From: Oculatellaceae cyanobacterium bins.114
GTDB taxonomy: Bacteria > Cyanobacteriota > Cyanobacteriia > Elainellales > Elainellaceae
Length of the DNA: 64,000 nucleotides
Direction: 5' to 3'
Assembly (NCBI GenBank): GCA_033764315.1
Contig: JANRJA010000065.1
Span: 21,794-85,793, forward strand
Shown here: one piece after another, positions 59,350 to 64,000 of the stretch
Position numbering within the stretch: the stretch's first letter is position 1
Layout: the number at the start of each line of letters is the position of its first letter
The notes under the pieces: generated by a model
Database searches by the model: none
What the model was told of the DNA's origin: nothing
The model's input: the letters and a program-made list of their open reading frames with translations, nothing else
Translations under genes and position numbers: made by a program

Positions 59350-60429
59350 ATGGGTGAGCATAAACGGATTGGCATTTTGACCAGTGGGGGAGACTGTGCA
59401 GGCTTGAATGCAGTGATTCGAGCCGTCGTCTATCGAGCAACAGGCACCTATGATTGGGAAGTGTTAGGCATTTGCCGCGCTACACAGGGCTTGATGAACC
59501 ATCCTGCCGAAGTGGTGATGTTAGATATCGCGTCTGTTGATTCGCTGCTAACGGTCGGTGGAACTATTTTAGGAACAACTAATAAGGGAGATCCATTTGC
59601 GTTTCCGATGCCTGATGGCACGATGTGCGATCGCTCTCAAGAGATTATTGACCACTACCATCAACTGGGTTTAGATGCGTTGATTGGCATTGGCGGAGAT
59701 GGCAGTCTGGCGATTTTACGCAAGATTGCTCAACAGGGCAACATCAACTTTGTGGGTATTCCCAAAACCATCGACAATGATGTCGCCATTACTGAGCGAT
59801 CAATTGGCTTTGATACCGCTGTCAACATTGCCACAGAAGCCCTCGATCGCCTCCACTTTACGGCTGCCAGTCACAGCCGAGTCATGATTTTAGAAGTGAT
59901 GGGGCGCGATGCCGGACATATTGCCCTGAGTGCAGGCATTGCCGGAGGTGCCCATGTGATTCTCATTCCCGAAATTCCCTATACGATCGCCAATATCTGT
60001 GACAAGATTGCCAAACGACAAGAACGCGGGCAAAATTTTACCCTCATGGTTGTGGCTGAAGCCGTTCGCACGGAGTCGGGTGAATCTGTGATGAACACCA
60101 ATCGTCTGGGGCAATGCCGCTTAGGGGGAATTGGTCAATATCTCTCTGATCAAATCTCTGCCTGTAGTGGTGCCGAAACCCGAGTCACTGTTTTAGGCCA
60201 TGTACAACGGGGCGGCATTCCATCCCCATTAGATCGCTTACTGGGCAGTGCCTTTGGAGTCGCAGCTGTTGACCTAATTGCAGCAGGCAAATATGACCAT
60301 ATGGTGACGTGGCAAAATCGGCAAGTCACAAGTGTGCCCATTTTAGATGCTATCTCGCAATACAGCACCGTTGACCCCAATGGCACACTGGTTAAAACGG
60401 CAAGGGGTTTAGGCATTTGCCTGGGTTAG
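59350..60429 (+). CDS. pfkA: ATP-dependent 6-phosphofructokinase
   Basis: LTSGGDCAGLN, GGTILGT, IGGDGS, PKTIDND, EVMGR, LGHVQRGG. Confidence 0.93.
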   Translation: MGEHKRIGILTSGGDCAGLNAVIRAVVYRATGTYDWEVLGICRATQGLMNHPAEVVMLDIASVDSLLTVGGTILGTTNKGDPFAFPMPDGTMCDRSQEIIDHYHQLGLDALIGIGGDGSLAILRKIAQQGNINFVGIPKTIDNDVAITERSIGFDTAVNIATEALDRLHFTAASHSRVMILEVMGRDAGHIALSAGIAGGAHVILIPEIPYTIANICDKIAKRQERGQNFTLMVVAEAVRTESGESVMNTNRLGQCRLGGIGQYLSDQISACSGAETRVTVLGHVQRGGIPSPLDRLLGSAFGVAAVDLIAAGKYDHMVTWQNRQVTSVPILDAISQYSTVDPNGTLVKTARGLGICLG

Positions 60430-60471
60430 AGATAGAAACAGAAGAGCCGCCATTAATCGCGACTCTTCTGT

Positions 60472-61044
60472 TCAATAACAATATCGACCATCTTGAGGCG
60501 TATTGCGATCGCTACCACGCCGCATCGCCCCTAACAAAGTAGACACAATAACACACCGTCGTGCTCGTCCTCCAACGTTACCCATGACAGTCAATCTGCC
60601 CAGTTGTCCTTCAACGTTGCCCCATTGATCAAACCGCACCTGATAAACACCCCCAACATTAGCTAGGGTGGTTTCTATCGAATCGATGCGAACCTTTGAA
60701 GAGAGAACTTGCCACTCTGTGGGTAAAGGAGCACTGGTAGTACTGTGAATTGCCCATTGAACGACTCCATTGTTCTCTCGAAAGCTAGCTCTGCGATCCA
60801 TGTGTAATCGTGCTGCTTCACTTTGCGTCTGAGATAAGACCTGATAAATTTGACCTTGAGCTGCATTGAGATTACGAGTGTTCATAAAGGCTAACCAACT
60901 GGGGATTGCGATCGCCGCTAAAATGCTAACAATACTGATAACAACTGCCATTTCAGCTAGTGTGTAGCCATTGATCAATTTAGAACTATTGGTCAGCAAA
61001 AATTGAACCGTTTTTGTAACGGTAGACCCATTATGTGTTCTCAT
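60472..61044 (-). CDS. Type IV pilin-like protein (prepilin N-terminal cleavage motif)
   Basis: GYTLAEMAVVISIVSILAAIAIPSW; start uncertain. Confidence 0.85.
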   Translation of the reverse strand: MRTHNGSTVTKTVQFLLTNSSKLINGYTLAEMAVVISIVSILAAIAIPSWLAFMNTRNLNAAQGQIYQVLSQTQSEAARLHMDRRASFRENNGVVQWAIHSTTSAPLPTEWQVLSSKVRIDSIETTLANVGGVYQVRFDQWGNVEGQLGRLTVMGNVGGRARRCVIVSTLLGAMRRGSDRNTPQDGRYCY

Positions 61045-61646
61045 AGCCACACCCTGAAAAATTGATTGACTTCACCTATAATTCCCACACCCTAAAAGAG
61101 GCTATCTTCTTAAGCATTGAATTTACTCTTAACGTTTTATTCAGTTCAAAATCAATAACTGAGAACTGGACGTAGAACGATGGAAAATACTAAGTGCTGG
61201 GTAAAAGCTACGCTGCGCCTGTTAAAGAGTGATGCTAAAACTAGTTAAAAGAGACTCTTTTTTAGGGGGTTGCGATCGCTAAAAATTGAATTTAGACCGA
61301 GTAACTCAGTGAATCAGATCAGCATTGCTACCGCTAATAGTGAGTGAAATAGTTAATGCAATTGTTGTCCAAATTGCCATACATGCTTCGTTCTAAATCA
61401 CCCTATTCAGCATCTTGATGGTGTGTTCAATAAAAACCCTGAATCAGGTATGTGACAAAACATAACTCTCACATCAGAGCAATTCAGTGCAATCACATAA
61501 ATGCTAGAGTGGTGAAACCAGATGCACCCATCTTCAGCTCATAAAAGCTTCATTCATTGCACCGTTACCTCTTACAAAAGTTAGGGAACTTTAATAAGTG
61601 ACAGGCGGAGTAAAAACGGTAGCCAAGACCGCCACTAGGGATAACC

Positions 61647-62465
61647 ATGAACCTTCAGACTTTTATCGCTAATCGGGTCGATTACCAATTGTCTAGCGTT
61701 CAAACCGATCGAGAGTTAATTCAAGATATTCAGCGTCATCTCCATCGCTTAGGGTTTAATCCTGGTGTTGTTAACGGAGTTTGGAATCGACAAACCCACT
61801 ATGCCTTTAGCCACTTTAAACAGGCTCACCAACTCTCTGGTTTTGGGTTGACCGCTACAATGGCGCGATCGCTCTTGCAAGCTCCTTTACCTCAACGAGA
61901 GTTAGTGACGACGGGGGCCGTTGCTGCGTCACTCGCCTCCCCGTTACCTCGTCCGGTGCCACCACTGCCCCCATCCTTAATGGCGTCTCGCTCTAAAACT
62001 CCCCTTTCCCGACGTGTCGTCAAGACTCCTAACTTACCGCGTGTCAACGCTCAAGCACTGACCATTATCAAAACCTATGAACGGTTGAGACTAGAAGCCG
62101 GACGATGTCCTGCGGGAGTGCTGACGATTGGTTATGGGTCAACCGTTGGAGTCAGACCTGGGCAAAAACTAACCGCAAAACAAGCCGAAGCAAGACTATT
62201 AAAAGATTTAGAGCAGTTTGAGAGGGTTGTTAGAAAAGTCGTGAAGGTTCCCTTAACGAATAACCAGTTTAGTGCCCTTGTCAGTTTTGTGTTTAATGTG
62301 GGTAGTGCTGCATTTATGGCGTCTACCTTGTTGAAACGACTCAACCAGGGCAACTATCAAGCCGCTGCTGAGCAATTTCTGCAATGGGACAAAGCAGGGG
62401 GGATATCGCTGTCTAAATTGACCCAACGGCGGCAAGCTGAACAAGCTCTATTCTTAAAAGCCTAA
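61647..62465 (+). CDS. Peptidoglycan-binding domain + GH24 (phage-type) lysozyme
   Basis: IQRHL...G..PG..NG PG-binding segment; E-x8-C-x5-T in YERLRLEAGRCPAGVLTIGYG; NQFSALVSFVFNVG, RR.AE..LF. Confidence 0.87.
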   Translation: MNLQTFIANRVDYQLSSVQTDRELIQDIQRHLHRLGFNPGVVNGVWNRQTHYAFSHFKQAHQLSGFGLTATMARSLLQAPLPQRELVTTGAVAASLASPLPRPVPPLPPSLMASRSKTPLSRRVVKTPNLPRVNAQALTIIKTYERLRLEAGRCPAGVLTIGYGSTVGVRPGQKLTAKQAEARLLKDLEQFERVVRKVVKVPLTNNQFSALVSFVFNVGSAAFMASTLLKRLNQGNYQAAAEQFLQWDKAGGISLSKLTQRRQAEQALFLKA

Positions 62466-62610
62466 GAAGGAAATAACAACAACGTCAACAATGTCAAACA
62501 AACGTTGAATTTCCGCGCTCTATTTTGGCTGGAGTGCTAGGCTACTGCCATGTAGCAGCACTCTATTGCCCCATTCATGGATTGCCTGCCTACTTCTAGG
62601 AGGGTTAACC

Positions 62611-63863
62611 ATGCAACTTCAACGTTTTTCTTCTGCCTCTTTAAAGAGTCGGATTATCTTGATCTACGCTTTTTTCAGTAGCGTGTGGATTTTATTTTCT
62701 GACCGTTTACTAGAGTTATGGTTTAGGGAAAGCAGGTCTTTAACCCAGGCTCAAACTATCAAGGGGTGGTTGTTTATTGTTGTTACAAGTGGGCTGCTGT
62801 ATGTTTTGATGTACAACGGTTGGCGATCGCTACAAAAGAGTCATAGCCTGCTGATTAGCATTTTAGACGGCACCACAGATGCAGTGTTCTTAAAAGACTT
62901 GCAGGGAAACTATTTAGTTGTTAACACCGCAGCAAGCCAAATTTTAGGTAAACCAGCATCAGAGATCGTTGGCAAACGAGATGTGGATGTGTTGCCACCA
63001 GAGGTCATTGCCGAGTTTTTAGCCACCGATCGCACTGTTTTAGAATCACAACAAGCCCATGTTTTAGAAGAAACCCTGTTGATTAATGGCGATCGCCGTT
63101 CCTTTTTAACGACCAAAAATGTTTGGCGCAATCAACAAGGGCAAGTCGCAGGACTAATGGGTATTGCTCAAGATGTGACCCAGTACAAACGGGTGCAGCA
63201 AGCTCTGATAGACAGTGAAGAACGACTGCGGCTGATTTTGCAAAACATGCCGGTGATGTTGGATGCGTTTGATAGGAACGGCAACATTGCACTCTGGAAT
63301 CAAGAATGTGAACGAGTCACAGGCTATTCGGCCGCGGAAATGGTAGGCAATCCAAATGCTATGCGGTTGCTCTATCCCAACCCGACCTATTTGCGCACCA
63401 TGATGGAACGATGGTCAGATAAGAAAAATGACTATCGCAATTGGGAATGGACGATGACCTGTAAGGATGGCAGCACCAAATGCATTGCCTGGTCTAACAT
63501 TTCGGATCACTTTCCAATTTTGGGTTGGACAGCCTGGGGAATTGGGGTTGATGTCACCGATCGAAATCAAGCGGAAACTGCTCTGCGAGAGAGCGAGGAA
63601 CGGTGGAAGCTAGCTTTGCGAGGTAACAATGATGGTATTTGGGATTGGAACGTTAAAACAAATGAGGTGTTCTTTTCAGCCCGTTGGAAAGAGATACTGG
63701 GGTATGAAGAACCGGAGTTTTCTGATGATTTTTATGAATGGCAGCAGCATGTGCATCCTTTGGATCTTCATCGAGTCATGCAGTTGATTCAAGACCATTT
63801 TGATCAGAAAACGCCGTTTTACAGATCAGAGCATCGAATGCGGTGTAAAAACGGCAGCTATAA
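62611..63863 (+). pseudogene. Membrane multi-PAS sensor interrupted by an IS
   Basis: Two TM helices and three PAS/PAC domains; homology stops at CKNGSYK exactly where the IS end begins. Confidence 0.75.
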
Positions 63864-64000
63864 GAGCCTATCCGAAAACCTGAATTGCCCTTATAGCAAT
63901 ACATGCAAAAGCAAGGTGGATCATCGCTAGATAGTTTTGTGGTTTCTTCTCCCAACGAATTAATAACCGTCGAAAGCGGTTCATCCATGAGTGTGTTCGT
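63864..64000 (-). mobile_element. Right end of IS5-family element (transposase C-terminus)
   Basis: Minus frame 63999-63868 reads RTHSWMNRFRRLLIRWEKKPQNYLAMIHLAFACIAIRAIQVFG*; end GAGCCTATCCGAAAAC preceded by TAA. Confidence 0.88.

Noticed and set aside
61647..62465. Prophage
   Set aside because: No integrase, structural or holin genes in the window.

Overview
Cyanobacterial chromosomal DNA (HIP1 octamer GCGATCGC is abundant). 0.3-8.7 kb: envelope and housekeeping genes (L,D-transpeptidase-like protein, CHASE2 protein, RTX-type serine protease, nucleoside hydrolase, SLH lipoprotein). 8.8-47.9 kb: a surface-glycan locus with a pseudaminic-acid-type pathway (pseB, pseC, SpsF-like cytidylyltransferase, pseG, pseI), modifying enzymes (amidotransferase triad, formyltransferase, methyltransferases) and many multidomain glycosyltransferases. 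Five of these proteins carry the same coiled-coil plus AM[E/K][S/T]SKFWKLRxxW tag. The locus is split between pseG and the formyltransferase by a ~9.7 kb insert. It holds (i) a 12 x 21-nt repeat array head-to-head with an uncharacterised helical protein and (ii) a Type III-like restriction-modification operon containing a REP-associated tyrosine transposase (RAYT). Seventeen GTAG-hairpin REP-like units with covarying stems lie in this operon, 13 of them in frame inside the Mod, RAYT and Res genes. Downstream: vapBC-like pair, NACHT/HEAT/nuclease protein, GAF-GAF-PAS adenylate cyclase, Uma2, leuA divergent from a GntR regulator, pfkA, a pilin-like gene, a GH24 lysozyme, and a PAS sensor cut by an IS5-family element at the window end. 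All calls are from motif recognition by eye; no database searches were run.
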